Shown: positions 1 through 14,100 of the stretch, piece by piece | How the letters are laid out: every line of letters starts with the position of its first letter | How positions within the stretch are numbered: the stretch's first letter is position 1 | Notes under the pieces: model-generated | Told to the model about the DNA's origin: nothing | The model's input: the letters and a program-made list of their open reading frames with translations, nothing else | The model's database searches: none | From: Stegostoma tigrinum | Lineage: Eukaryota | Direction: 5' to 3' | Assembly (NCBI RefSeq): GCF_030684315.1 | Contig: NC_081356.1 | Location: forward strand, 80,832,835-80,896,834 | Length of the DNA stretch: 64,000 nucleotides | Made by a program: the position numbers and the translations under genes

Positions 1-580
1 AGCGGGACTGCAGCAATTGAAAGTTGGACTCTCTTCAGTTATCTTTTCTTCTTATCTTATTCCAAGTTAACGTGAATGGCACCCTGTATGTATGGCGAAG
101 GTACACCCTTTTCAGTATTTTTACATTAAATACATATGGAAAGAAATTATTCAATTAAGGGTTTGTATTTTTTTTATATCAATTACTTAGATGGGGCAAG
201 CAAAATCTGGAAGTGATAATCATATACATCACACATATCTTTCTTCAATCTCTTTCAAGGCAAACATTTGGTTTAATGAGGTGTTAAAAGATTTGCTTCA
301 CCATGTCAGTTCATGGAAAGTGAACACGGAAAAATAGCTATCGCCAGATTCATTTCTATTCAAGTGAGGCCACCAGTCTTGGCATAACAATATAAAAGCA
401 TAATGCTTCCATAATTCACTCATTGTCTATTTTGTTTTAGTCAAAACAGCCAGAATACTCCTATTCTTCTCACCTTCCCCATTAAATTACATGGTTAGGT
501 CAGAAGATAACAAACTTTCATTTTTCTCAGAATGTGGATAAATCTAACTATAACACTGAACGAGCAATAAGCGGACATAG

Positions 581-700
581 GGTCCTCTTGTGGTACAGAG
601 GTAGAGTCCACAGCCTTGGAATGGGGGGCCCCAGGTTCAAGCCCCACCTGCTTCAGAGGTGTGTAACAATGTCTCTAAACAGGCCGATTAATAAAAAAAA
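581..700 (+). mobile_element. Short tRNA-derived SINE
   Basis: Degenerate A box, B-box-like GGTTCAAGCCC, A-rich tail; related head at ~55455-55520. Confidence 0.55.
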
Positions 701-1502
701 TGGATCTTGCAACTGAACTTAATTTCCTCAATGTATTATGTAAGCAAAGCAACGAAAAGATCACAATCAGTTTCATCCTTGACCTAGAGTACTGAGTTTT
801 TTCTCAAATCTGCCATTTTTCAAATCAAACATTTTTAAAATTGTCAGGAGAAACAAAAAACTTACAGGACTGTCTTAACCATTAATTCTTGAGACTGTTT
901 AGACCAGATGTAAGTTTGCGATTAAACATGTGTCTGATCTCTGTAACTATGTCATGCCTGATGAGCTCAAAAATACAAATAATATTCAGTTTATATAAAC
1001 ATTCAAGTATTCTTCAATAGCATTAGTACTTACTCTTCATGAGCATTTGGTATTTAACCTATAGGACCATACTTCAACAAATTTATATGTCTGCTAAATA
1101 TTTGACACACATGTTTATTACAGGCAGTGTATGATATTAACTGTACTCAATCTTGTTTGTTAGTTATAGATGATTGCGGGTTGAGTAGAAAGGAGTCGGC
1201 TTGTGGCAATATTGTTTCTTGAAAGGTAATGGAAACAATACTGCATTTTGAAACTTAAGGTGACGAATTGTTCTTCAGCAAATTGTTAATAATCAGTAAA
1301 AACGTAACTATCAACACAAAAAACAAAAACTGACTTGCAATGCGATTCCTCTATTCAGCAGAAATATTAACCACTGTCTTTGCATAACCTGGTAAATTAG
1401 AGTCAGGTCACCAGAATCTCCCTCTCCCCAAGTGTTTCGTGGAAACATTTTTTCATCAGTCTGAACCTACCTAGCTGTAAAGAATGTCTGACCTTGCTAA
1501 TT

Positions 1503-1503
<1 letters not shown>

Positions 1504-1536
<33 letters not shown>
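1504..1536. repeat. (CA)16 microsatellite
   Basis: Direct reading. Confidence 0.98.
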
Positions 1537-1539
<3 letters not shown>

Positions 1540-1989
1540 CCAGCCCATTCTAAATTTAGGCTGGTACTCCTCCTACCAGACCACCTGCCCATTCATCAAT
1601 GTCTTCTTCTATATTGTGCCGACATATTTTTTGGGCAAATGATTCACCCTTGAACACAACCTGAACATTCCTCCTACAAGTACGACATATTTTTGAACTA
1701 TCACAAGTTCACCACTGTGGAGAACCAACTGTTCGTTTCATCAGCTCATTGATATCTAAGTGCAACTTATTTTGACATCAGTCATTCTACTACCCATTTA
1801 ATGTAGTCTGCAAATTTAGATCACTTCTTCTGGCGCCCTACAATCAGCTTCCGATTTCCTCTGCTGTGTTCTATGGCATTAGATACCATGGAGCACTAAT
1901 ATCCAAAATGCACTACCTTTATTCGCAAACATACACATGCACTCACACACATTTGCTTGTTCTATGTTTGGCATTTTACAGATGACAAT

Positions 1990-2740
1990 TGGATCTTCCT
2001 CCTCCCACTGTAAGTTCATCTCTAGTCTTGGGCAGTTGTCCTGAACCCTGTCATCAGGCAGGCAACACAGCTGTTTGGAGTCTTGCTCATTTTAGAAAAC
2101 AGGATTAATTGTTCTCAATCAATGTACCATCCACTATTTCTACTACATTCCTTGTGGTTTCAGCTTACTTGAACAGCTTCTTGTATCACTATCATAGTCA
2201 GTTTGCTGACCATCCTCAAGTCTATTCTTATCCAAACCAGCTGAAAGAACCTCAACCGTATCAGACAATTGCAGAAGCTGAGACTCCTAACCTCTGTGGA
2301 CCCTGACCTGATTCACTTTTTGTTGTATCCTCAAGTCTCTGACCACTGACCAGATCAAAAGTTCTATACCAAAGTGATGTGACTGCCTCCTGACAAAGAA
2401 TCCAGATAACTTTCACCCTTTTTTTTGATGAGTTGCAGTGTCTGCAGTTCAGTATCCAGACTCTGATCTAAAGCTGCTCAAACTTGAAATCTTTACTGCC
2501 AATGTTCTTGTCCTAGATCACAATAGTATTCCAGAGCTGTTGCATCTTGCAATCTTGACGTCACCTGGCCCGAAATCCTTAATGAGTGAATTAATTATTT
2601 AGTTATATAATTCATTTATGTTGCTTTTTATATATTTTTACCTTCAACAATAATTTGTATACTATGTTAAGTTAAGAATAGAACAGGCCTTAAGTTACCA
2701 GATACTCACCAAACATCTAGCTGGTTTCTTTGCAATGAAC
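1990..2740 (-). mobile_element. Decayed CR1-type LINE 5' region / ORF1 remnant
   Basis: Resembles shark CR1 5'UTR/ORF1 segments (gagttgcag..., gatactcacc); recognised from memory, no intact ORF. Confidence 0.4.
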
Positions 2741-2749
2741 TAACAATTT

Positions 2750-3432
2750 AAACTTAGAGTAGGAATTTATTGGCACGTGCACTCTTAAATGTAAAATACA
2801 GTGAAAAAAGAAGATTTCTAAGTCGCCCCAACATGGCGCCTGCAACAGTGATAGAAGTCACATGGAAAAAGAAAAATGTAAAATTAAGACAAAGCTCATC
2901 ACAGTTCAGATAACTTCTGGTCTCAGGGAAAGGAAGGAACAACAGAATACCCTGACTAGGCAACCGGTATGAGTCCGCCACTATGGATCGTGGGAATCCT
3001 GGGCCAGAAACCTCTACTCAAGACTGCCACGTTGGGCTGAGACCACCTCTCCTGGATGAGACCACCTGCAGTGCCACCGGAATACCTAAAAGTTGAAGGT
3101 ATGGCCTCCACAGGGGGACGAGACCTCCATGTCGAGACACCGCCACACTGTGCCAAGACTGACAGTCAAGACTGGGAGAGTCAGCCTGGGACCTGTTCCT
3201 TCCTCGTTAGGGGGCCGTGGGCTGGAGTCGAGCAGTGTCTAGCTTGTCCTGGTGTTGCTACCACTGCCACCAGAGGCTTCGTCCTTCACCTGCCACACTC
3301 CGGACTTAAAAGAAAGAAAGGAGGAAAAGGCAAAAGAGCTGGAGAAAAGAAGAAAAAAAAAACACAAACAAAAGAGGAAGAGAAAGAAATCTGACAGGAT
3401 CAGCCCAGCCCAGAACTGCCACCATCTTGGGA
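2750..3432 (-). mobile_element. Non-autonomous retroposon with CAAGATGGTGGC 5' end and Rex1-like GTGCCAATAAA tail
   Basis: GC-rich body, T-rich tract, 3' tail similar to the GTGACAACAATAAA end of the Rex1-like fragment at 25.0 kb; a similar tail occupies ~1-157 (+). Confidence 0.45.
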
Positions 3433-4994
3433 GGAAAAAAAAAGGGTCAGAAGGGTAGAAAAGCAATATCCAACCTTACCTTAGAATACCTTTTTACCTG
3501 ATATGTCCAACTACAGGCTTGAGAACAATAAATACCTGTGATTACAATACAGGAAACGTGTTGTAAACTTTTGAACAATGTCATTGTGCAACTTTAGTTT
3601 GGACTATCCTCCCATGAGTACAATAAAGATCTATGAATGGTTACGAAGATAGTAATTTATGTAATGAAAAATTTTGAGCACACAAACAAATCATTTCTAG
3701 CCATTATTGTAAAATCACATATCATTTATTTCAAGGGTGTGAGATTAAATGTGTAGGTGCACTTAAGTTTGTATGCATTATTTCCCCTCTCCTCCTGTAT
3801 TCATTTTAAAGTCGACTTTCTTTGTCTGACCTCAAATTCAAACGAATAGCCAACATCTGAAAGTGAGCGAATATATTCTTTTCAAAGTTGCTCTCTGATC
3901 TACTGAATGTTTCCAATAAATTCAGAATTTTTTTCCTGCTTTAAGGTTGATTCTGTAATATAACTTAACCATATCTTAAGAATAGGTATGCGGTCAGAGC
4001 ACATAGGCACTTTACATTTATCCAATTTTGTTAAGGTGTTTTGCAAGCAATTTGTGGTTCAAAATTAGTCTATAAAGTGAATTCTGATGCCAAGTAGAGA
4101 AATGAGATTGATGCAGTTGACAAAAGGAAGGGTTTCAATACACAAGGAAGAAGTCACAAAAGGGGAGGAAATACAGAGAATATGGTCAAATTGTTCTCTT
4201 AACCCATCCTGCTAACAGCTCAAGAGTATTTTTGACAATGGCCTGCGAATAAGATGCCCTTCTACCTACTTTTTGGCAATGTTGGTGCAGAGCTTAAGAA
4301 AAGCAGAGGGAAGTTACAAAGGAAGTATCAAACGGAAGACATTTTAAAAAAGAAGTTCTTAGCTTGGTTGACAAATTGAGTCATAATCCATGGTGCTTAA
4401 CAGAAATAAAGTGCATTAAGAATTATACTGTTCTTTTTCAACAGCCTAGCTAATGAATTAGTGATTAAATGTTCGCTATTCCACAGGACGCCCATGAAAG
4501 GTGTATTCCTGTAGTTAATCAGTATTCTGTTTTTCACTTGGTATTCACTTTACTATTCACCTTCAATTGGAAAGTCTAATTCATTGGATGTATTTTTCAG
4601 ACATTGGAATTTAATACCTTCAATTTTGCAATTTATACAATTAGTTCCACAGCTCTTTGGAAGCAAATTTACAATTAATGCAGCTCATCACTTCTCCGTG
4701 GCAACATTTATTTTTCAAGCAATAATCTGACAGATCAGTTCATCACATTTACATTTCCCCTTGTAATGTTATTTCTCCTCTATTGCAAATTTATTCAAAT
4801 ATACTGGCTCTCAATAACATGCAATGAACCTAATAGCTTGAAGATATCTAGACAGTCAAATAGAATGCACTTCAGAGTACACGCTGAGTAGATTACCATG
4901 AAAAGAATCATGCTAAACTTTTATCTTATCTTTCAACTACTAATTTTAAAAGAACGCCATTGGAAGAGATAAAGTATTCCGTACAAAGACCTAC

Positions 4995-5184
4995 CATTGA
5001 TGTAATAGATCTTGCATCGTCTTCGTAGGCTAGTACAGGTGGTGGCTCCTTCCCATCATTCTCTTTAACCTTTTGATCCAATAGATCCTTCTGTGCAGAG
5101 AGTTTAGCCTCAGAACACTTCATCTGTTGCACATTCTGCCTTAGCTCTTCCAGAGCCTGCTTTTGGCTCAGCAGTAACACAATG
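4995..5184 (-). CDS. FER: FER coding exon 8 (190 nt)
   Basis: [63 protein letters not shown]; acceptor ttctttctaacag|, donor ATG|GTAGGT. Confidence 0.96.
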
Positions 5185-8100
5185 CTGTTAGAAAGAAATT
5201 CTAAAAATCAATACATTGTATTTGTGCCACCTTAAATGTACAAATACCATAAAAAGCAAGGAAAACAAGAATCTGCTAGAATTCTTTTAAATAAGATATA
5301 ACTTCTCAACAGAAGAAACACATTTCACTACTGAGGCCTGAAACAAAAATGTCATGAAGTCACTATGGGGCTTTGTTATATTGAGACAAGAACAAGTGGG
5401 GCTGTTCTCTTTTGAAAAGCGGAGTATTAATAGAGTTGATCAAAGTTATGAACAACCTTGTTAATGCAAGTAAAGTGGAACTGTAACAGAAGTGTCAGTA
5501 ACCATAGATCACAGGTTTTAGTTAACTGGAAAAACAACAAGAACAGGTTTTCATTTATATGTTGCAAGCTGTAATGATTTAATACATTACATAGCAGTGA
5601 ATATGCATTCAACACAATTTCAACACTGAACTGAATAGAAGGATCAAACTTTGCAGAACTATGGCAATAGGGTATGGCACTCATTAGATAACCCTTTCAA
5701 AGGGCTGGCACAGGTAAAACTGGCAGGCTGGTCTTCTGTTGACTAAGTTCTAAATCAAGTCTGGGATTTCACTGGCTGCATATGAGCAGGAAGATATCTT
5801 CAACTCTCTATCCCACACAGGAAACCCACCACAGTTTCCTAGCTTTGCAATTGTGTCTACATTCTTTTCCCAGCAGAAAGACAACCTACACAGAATTTCT
5901 ACAGCAGGGTTTCTAAAAATTAAAAGGATTAACTTTAAATAAGTGCCCTATGAGAGATCCAAAGCCTTCAGACCTCTACCCAGTGACCTCTGGTTTATCA
6001 TTCATTTCTTATTGAATCTTAACTTGACCAAAATTAGCCTCTTTCACTCTGTAAATTACATTTATGGCAAGCTTCATTCACCTGTGTTTGGTGCTCAAGT
6101 TGCAGAGCTCAGCAAGAATTATCACCTTGTAGTATATTTTTAATGTTTTTACCTGGATAAGTTTTAGTATAAATAAAACCACATTTTAAAACTTTATCAA
6201 GAAAATGAGTAAATGGATGAATACATAGCAAAATGGCAATACATAGTTTAAATTCAGATCTTCTGGTACAATTAAACAATGAGTGGGGAAAAGAGGAGAA
6301 CAGCAGGAAGGTTATGATAAACTTGTGGAAGAAACAGTTTAGACTAACTTAAGATAGTAGGAATTGCTGATACTGGAGTCTGAGATAACAAGACGTGGAG
6401 CTGCATGAAACACAGGAGGCCAGGCAGCATCAGAGGAGCAGGAAAGCTGATGTTTCAGGCCTGAAGAAGGCTCCTCTGATGCTGCCTGGCCTGCTGTGCA
6501 CATGCAGCTCCACACCGAGATTAACTTGAGGAGCGTTCACAGTTCTGGATACTGCAGTATACAAAGGATTTGAATGTACTTCACAGAATACATTACAGGA
6601 TTATGAGAATGTACTTCAGGGATGATGCACCAGTTACGAGGGAAGATCAGAGAAGTTGAGGCTGGACAGGAGAAGGCAGTGAAGAGATTTGATACATGTT
6701 CTCAAAATCACAAGCAGTCTAGACAATGTGAGGAAGGAGAAAGCGTTCCCACTCTAAACTGATCCAGAAACACGGCACAGTTTTTAATTTTCCAAATTAA
6801 ATAAATGCAAGGTGAGGAAAAAACTTCTAGAGCTTTGCAAGTCAGATTCTGGAACGCACTGCTTGAACACGTCAAGGTATGTTCATTAAGGCATTCAAGA
6901 TGGCTATGACAAAACATTCCAATAGGAACAATGTGCTGTGTGACAGGAAAAAGACAGCACATTGTTACCAAGTTAAAATGCACAGAGTCAGTGCAGAAGC
7001 CACCATAATAATTATTATTCTATCATGTACCAATTAAATATGGCTTTGACAAAGGAACTATTTGCATTTTGTAGCTTAAAGCTGAACGGAGGTTGGAGAA
7101 TATTGATGAATTCTACTTTACACAAATCCAAATACTCCATTTTTCAAAATAAATATCGATGGCATCATTAGTACATGGCAGCATTGCCTAATAAATGAAT
7201 TAGTGAGAATGAGAAAGGAAGCCCTAAAGAGCAAAAGTTGTCACATGAAACACCTTATGGGAAGCCTTTTGGCTTGGCGGGGTGGGGGGGGGGGGGGGGG
7301 GGGGGGGGTAATATTTTTGACCTCCCTCTCTGGGTGATTGATTTCTACAGATTAGCAGATCTGCAGAAGTCTCGAATGTGATGATTTACTATTTGATCCC
7401 AAAGACTTCAAGTCTTTAGTTGAAATAATAGAATCAGAGAATGCCTACAGAGTGAAAGCAGGCCATTCAGCCCAGAGTCCACAGACTGTCTGAACAGCAT
7501 CCCCATCCAGATCAAACCTTCTACCCTATTCCTGTAATCCTGCACATCCTATGGCTAATCCACCTATCCTCCACATTCCTGGACACTAATGAATTTAACA
7601 TGGCCAATTCACCTAACCTAAGTGGAGCACCTGGTTTCTAAACTCCACAAGCTTTTTTTTTAAAAAGAGAAGAACCAAGAAAACAATAATTTTGCACAAT
7701 ATGCCATTTGGACAGAGGATTTATTTTTGTTTAAGTCACTGGATGGATCACATAAAACTGAAAAAAAAATTCTAGAAATCTGAAAATAACAGCAGAAAAA
7801 TGAGGAAACACTGAGCAAGTCAGGCAACCTCTCTGCACGGAGACTTCAATGTTTCTGATCAAGGGTCATACATCTTCTCATGTTCCACTCCACAGATATT
7901 GTCTGATCTGTGGAGCATTATCAATATTTTAGGTCTTGACTTGTGTTAATTTAACACAATCAGGTGCTCAAATTCTGTGCTCAAGCTCAGAAGGATCATT
8001 TGTGGCCCAACAACAGTTGTTCTGGCTTTGAAAATCAGAAGAGCAATACATTATCAAATCTTATTTCAGTTTCTAACAAGTGAATTTATTTCAACAAAGG

Positions 8101-11100
8101 ACAAATTTAATATACAATCTGGAATGTGAGACATCTTCAAAGAAAGGAAATTAAATGAATAAAAACTCTAGGTGAAACAATTATTTCAGAGAGTTAACCT
8201 TAAAGCACACACTTATGCCTTTCTGATATTTCCAAATGCAGGAATTAACTGGCTTGATTCTCCTCGTTCATTCTGAGATTTCACATCAATTTATTAAATT
8301 GAACAATTTTCAGTGCAGACTCATTTCTGAACTCAAGATCTGGCCTCTTATTTAAGTTTTACATTTCAGTGGACCACAGGGAAATAAATTTTCTTCTGCG
8401 CAATATCTCAGTCTATTTATCAGTTTTACAAAGAAATTACATAGGTGCATTTCAGAGTGCATTAAACAAAGTAAGGAGTACAGACCCACAGTTGTGTATT
8501 AGTCTGAGATTCAAACAGTGGACTCTGTTTGCTGAGTATAATTGAGCTGCATAACTCAAAGAAATCTTCACTAATACTCAATTACTACGATTTGACTCGT
8601 GGTAAGGAATTGGTGTCACAAAATAGATCGTTCCCACCTTGCACCCTCCCAAAGTGGTTGCCCTAACTGCAGGAATGGCCGAGAGCTTGGCAAATAGTAA
8701 AAAAAAAATGGAGAAAAACAACCGCAATTTTACTGAGCAAAATGTATCATTGAAAGAAGTTGGATTCTGCAAGTTATCATGGCCTAACTCTCAGTAACTT
8801 GAACATGAAGCAATCGGAAGGTTTGGTACTTACTCAGATTTCTTTTCATACGTTGTTGCAGTTTCCTCAATTTTTTTCTCCAGTTCTATCATTATCTCTT
8901 CCTTGCTGGTAATAGTTTGTTGAGTTTGGATCAAGTCTTCAGTTGTTGCTTTCAGCCTATTATTGGAGACAATACCCTATCACTTTAAGCCGCATTCAAA
9001 CATTTCCAATTATTTTCTTTACGGAAGGCAAGTCTTCTTTAAAGTTTCTTAATACTTGTCAGAGGTATTTGCTGCATTAATTTCAGTTTCAAAATAAGTT
9101 TAAGAATTGCCAATAAGTACGAGAGTGGACCTTTACTGACAGTCTGTTTGAAAACACTTATCGCTTAACAAACAAAAAGACTTGTGAAACAAAATGTAAG
9201 GCTCCAAGTTGAATTCTCTTGTTCTGCTGATTACATCATGGAAGCTTTATAATTATATCAAAGCAGAAAGAAAATTGATTCCAATAACCTGGGCATATAA
9301 GGAAAATGTTTGCTCAGATTCCTGCTGCCATGCATTGTGAAAAGAACATACCTAAAATTTGCACTTATATGCAATGTAAGGATGAGATTACTTCTGCGAC
9401 TTACTTCCCCATATTCGAGTTACATGCTCTCACAAACATGAAGATTCAAAGATTTTACATTTTAAAATGTCTAATTTAAGATAAATTAGAACACCTGAAA
9501 ATGCAAAGGTGGGCCAGACCACCAATAGACAATAGGTGCAGGAGTAGGCCATTCGGCTCTTCGAGCCAGCACCACCATTCATTATGATCATGGCTGATCA
9601 TCCACAATCAGTATCCTGTCCCTGCCTTATCCTCACAACCTTTGATGCCACTATCTTTAAGAGCTCGATCCATCTCTTTCTTGAAAGTATCCAGAGACTT
9701 GGCCTCCACTGCCTTCTTGGGCACAGCATTCCATTCATCCACCACACTCAAGGTGAAGAAGTTTTTCCTCAACTCTGTTCTAAATGGCCTACCCCTTATT
9801 CTTAAACTGTGTCCTCTGCTTCTGGACTCACCCATCATTAGTTCCGCTGTCTCATTCAATTAGATCGTAGCTGATCTCTTAATCCTCAATTCCACTTTCA
9901 TGCCTCATCCCCATGACCATTAATTCCCTTAATGATTAGCTCAGCCTTGAACTGACTTAACAACACATGCTCAAGGGTTCATGTGGTCAGTTAGCTAGAC
10001 ATCTGGTTTACAATGCAGCACGGGTTCAAATCTTGCATTGGTTGAAGTTATCATGAAAGACTCTCCTTTTTAAACCCCTCCCCTTCCCGGAGGTGTGGTG
10101 GCCTTAAGGTAAAACTGCCACCAGACATCTCTCTAATGATAGCAACTTTCTCTTTTGAGCTCTCATTCTCCTATACTCCAATGAATTACAAACTCAACTT
10201 ACTCAATTCTACTAATAAAGAAAAACCCCAGAATCAACCTAGTGAACTTTCTCTGCACTGCCTCCAATGCTGTTGTATCTTTCTTTAGGTAAGGGAATCA
10301 AAACTGTACACAGTCCTCTACCGGTGGTCTGACAAGCACCTTGTATTGTTTCAGCAACATCTGTTTCTTTTTTCCTCAATGCTCCTATTGAAATAAAAGC
10401 CAACATTTCACTTGCCTTCCCTTTTACCTTCGCAACTTGAATACAAGCCTTGTGATTCATGCACTGGAAGCCCTAAACCCTTCTGTGCTGCAGCTTTCTA
10501 CAGTCTTTCGCCATTTAAGTAATATTTAACTCCTATTCTTCCTGCCAAAGTACAGAATCTCACTTCTTCCGACACTATATTCCACCTGCCAAGCTTTTGC
10601 CTAGTCCCTTAACCTGTCTGTATTCCTCCAAGTCTCCTTGGGTCAGCATCTTTACTTGCCTTTTATCTAATTTTGAGCCATCCACAAACTTGGCAATAGC
10701 ACATTCACTCTCCTCATTCAAATCATTCAATATAAATAATCATTGCTGCAGCACTAAATCAATCTAGCACTCCACAACTTACAGGATGCAACTCTGAGAA
10801 TATCCACTTCATTGCATCCCTGTTTATTAGTTAGCTAATCCTCTGTCCATACTAAATATACTACCTCCTACATCATAAGGCTCCTTAACATTAGGAGAGT
10901 CTACGTGCGATAGCCTATCAAATGCATTTGAAAATCCAAAAATATTATTGCTGACTCCCCTCCATCTACTCTGCTTGTTACTTCCTCAAAAGAATTCTAA
11001 TACATCCGTCTGGCATGACCACCCCATCATGAAGCCACATTTATCATCCTGTGGGTTTCTTAATATTTTGCTCCCTTATAATAACATGTTGCCAATGACT

Positions 11101-14100
11101 GATGTTAAACTATCTGGTCTTTAGTTACCTGTTTTTGTGTCTCTCACTTTTTGAATAAGGGTGTTACATCAGCAATTTTGTATTCCTCTGGGGCTTCTCC
11201 AGATACAGACATTTTCAGAAAAATCATCACCAGCATCCGCAGTCTCTGCAACTACTCATTTAAAATTCTAAGATGCACATCAGGTCCAGTGGGCTCATCA
11301 GCTTTCAGTTTCATTAGTTTCCCTGGTGCCTTTTCTCTACTCATTGTGATTGCATTGGTTTCCTACATCCCTTCAGTCCCTTGCTTATTTGCTATTTTTC
11401 TAATGCTATCTGTATCCTCTTTTGTGAAACCTTTGCAAAGTATTTGTTCAATTCATCTGCCTTTTCCTGGCTTCCCATCTATTTCTGCAGCATCATTCTC
11501 CATCATGCATATGTTCATTGTTGTCTTTCTATTTTTACACATTTCAAGAAGATCTTACATGTTTCTTGTTAATTTGCCCTTAGTTTATTTTCTCCCTTTT
11601 GATTATTTTGTGGGTCACTTCTTGTTAGCTTTTAAAACTTTGCTAGTACTCTGATTTACCAGAGATATTTTGCCATATTACATACTATTCGCTCAGTTTG
11701 ATAGCGTCCTTGACTTGATTTGTAAACCAGTCTGTTTACCTCCTTACTAGAATCTTCCTTCAATCACTGGGATAGATCTTTGTGAATAATAACACTTTTT
11801 TTTTTAAAATGTCTGCCATTGTTCATTAACCATCTTTTCTCAGATAGAAGAACTGTGTCAGGTAACAGACCTGCTGACTTGGCTAATTATGGGGTGAGGC
11901 TGCATCTTGTTGAGCTCTTGAAACAAAGGTAAGATCAGCTGTGCAGGCTTTCAGAAGTGAAAGACTGCCAACGCACACAGATACAGAGTACAAGCTTGCA
12001 TGCAAGTGACAGATATGGTGTGGTGGTGAGGGGAGCGACAAGACAAAACGGTGAATGGGGTGTATGCAGGTCACCTTCTTTAGAACCTTGACACTGTCAA
12101 TGCCAGAGTAATTTTAAGAGTGCATTCACCCATTCAAGTGTATTCCATCACACTCCTGACTTGTGTCCTGTAAATGGTGGACAGACAATGGAGAGACACC
12201 AGACGAATTTATCTCCACAGAATTCATAGCCTGACTTGCTGTTGTCCACTGTATTTTTAATCACTGCTCCAGTTCAATCTATGGTCAATGATTACTCCCA
12301 GGATGTGACACCAAATTATTCTAATAAATTAAATTACTACTAATAGAACATCTGGGGATGACTGTTCGATTTTCCCCTGTTTGATATGGTCATTACCCGA
12401 CACCTGTGTGGCATGAATGCCTTGCATCACTTAGATATAAACTGGATGTTGACTTGGTCCTATATATGAACACTGACTGCTTTGATATCGAAGTAACACA
12501 CAGTGTTGATCATTGTGCAATCATCAACCATTTGATCCTTTCAATCGGTCATAGGGAACTCAAATCTCTTAAAATCTTATTGGCCTTTGCTGGGATTATA
12601 ACAGTATCTGCATCCATAATCAAGAAACATTCACAAGCAATGAACATGTAGGTAAGGGCAGAAAATTGACAGTAAGAAAGTTTGGAAATGGTTCTTACTT
12701 CAACAAACGTAAACTATCCACCTTGTAATTCTTCCTTAAGGCTATCTTTGATAGTTACTTCACAAATGCTAGATTAAAACCTCATCTGTTAAACTGTGCA
12801 GGAGACCAGTACTTTTTGTTTCAGGTCTCAATGTTGATCAGAAGACATCAGAATTGAGCATTTTACAAACATTTTAAGAACTGTTGTGTTTGGAGTTGAA
12901 ATATATAAACAAGATTCTGATTTGACACTTATTTATTCCCCCAAATGTTCACTGGAACAAAACGAAGCATGGATGACTACCCACACTTTATCACTGTTAT
13001 ATATCACTGGCCCAAAATTTCGCTCTCTGAAATGTTCAAAAATTACGCACATGGGCATAAGAGATTTCAAACTTACATTGTCTGTAAACTCTCTGCTGTT
13101 AAACTGTTCCATAAAATCTCACTGACTTGAAGGTTTTCCATGTCCTCCAACAATAGGACATCAAACTCAATACTTGGCTCCTTAACTGGCTGTGACCTGC
13201 AGATAAAAAGCAATAAGCTCAAAATAAAAACACCAGCAACTTCTCAGTTACACTTGGTAGTAACTTATTCAAACTCACACTTAAACCTTAATTTGAACTT
13301 TTAATTTGTTTCTCGAAAACATTCAACCAAAAAATGTACTCTGAATAGTGAGCATAATTTACCACATACAACAAAAGCCAAGAACTCCAGAACCAACAAA
13401 TGCAACACTGCTTTACAAAGTTCAGGGGAACTCCTGGTCTATGCAAATTAGACACTGGGTGCCAGTGAACCAGAAAAAATTATTAAGGTATGATTTTTGG
13501 TTTTGCATGGAAGTGTTTTGTTTTAGGAGAAAAGCTTGTTTTAAAAATTTGAGGTGGCGTTTTTAAATGGGAGTGGAACATGGAGGTTGGTCGAAATTAC
13601 CAAGAAGATATAGCAAAATCATCTAAGAACAAAGATGGGTTAGTGTATAGTATGAACTGCCAGAGGAAGTAGTGGATGTCGGTGCTGTTACCCTGTTTAA
13701 AAGGCATTTTTATAAGTAGTTGAATAGGAAAGGTTTGGAGTGATATAGGTCAAGTGCAGGCAGGTGAGACTAGTTTAGTTTGGGTACATGTTTGGCATGG
13801 ACTGGTTCTAAGAGTCTGTTTCCATGCTGAATGACTGTATAACCCAAAACAAAACCAAAGCTCAAAACATTTTTCCTCTACATATCAGGCAAGTTTCATT
13901 CTATTCAAATTAATGACTGTCCTAATGCATTATTCACTTTTCAAACAAAAAAGTGAAAAAGTTCCAATTATATCATAGATAACATGCAATCCTTTACCAA
14001 AATATGGAAAAAGATTGACAGCTTGTTTATGTCATTATTTACAGGTTTTACTGGGTACATGTTGATTTCCAGATTTTCCAGCAGAATAGTGGTTACCACT

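Noticed and set aside
3056-3458. Lys/Glu-rich ORFs
   Set aside because: Produced by an A-rich low-complexity tract within a probable retroposon
1-4994. Next FER exon (ERKERLSKF-like) or a FerT-type alternative first exon
   Set aside because: No matching peptide or convincing splice signals found; the region is repeats and intronic sequence
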